Below, one piece after another: positions 63,674-64,000 of a DNA stretch of 64,000 nt. Every line of letters starts with the position of its first letter. The stretch's first letter is position 1. The notes beneath the pieces were generated by a model. The model was not told the DNA's origin, searched no databases, and was given only the letters and a program-made list of their open reading frames with translations. Position numbers and translations under genes: made by a program. The stretch comes from Eledone cirrhosa (taxonomy: Eukaryota), in NCBI GenBank assembly GCA_964016885.1, contig OZ024758.1:14694001-14758000 (forward strand), read 5' to 3'.

Positions 63674-64000
63674 TCGAAATATAATAAATGAATGTAACAG
63701 ATAAAATCCATGGGGCTGAAAATCATAGACCCGTGGACGACCGACCATCTAGCATCTTCCACTTTAGCTGGTCGCCCTCATACATACACACATACATACA
63801 CATACATACACATACACACATACATATGTACATATACACACATACATACATATACGCACATACATATGTACATATACACACATACATACATATACACATA
63901 CATACATATACATACATACATACAATATACACATATATACATACATACACACACATACGTACATACATATATACATACATGATGGCTTCCCGCTCGTTAT

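Noticed and set aside
39623-64000. par-6 first coding exon (expected to end near EVKSK)
   Set aside because: No convincing match found by eye; probably beyond the window end

Overview
AT-rich, microsatellite-dense eukaryotic genomic DNA. The SINE/LINE repertoire and (TA)n/(CA)n content look like an octopus (coleoid cephalopod) genome; this is inferred from repeat style and not verified. Two spliced host genes are readable by eye. The first is a complete three-exon Nudix hydrolase of the NUDT16 (U8 snoRNA-decapping) family on + (7646-13037). The second is the PB1 exon plus the CRIB/PDZ terminal exon of par-6 on - (39397-39622 and 30715-31370); its first coding exon was not found in the window. 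The remainder is mobile DNA and tandem repeats: a decayed near-full-length Tx1/L1-clade LINE, CR1, RTE and CRE fragments, at least three tRNA-derived SINE families, TTAA (piggyBac-like) and TA MITEs, two long fold-back palindromes and many minisatellites. Most long ORFs in the supplied track are repeat artefacts. The most notable signal is a dispersed set of minimal type I hammerhead ribozyme motifs (CUGAUGA-stem II-GAAA-short near-palindromic stem III-UH). They are associated with Penelope-like remnants and include a direct tandem pair about 350 nt apart with a retrozyme-like layout, and a sense-strand copy inside NUDT16 intron 1.
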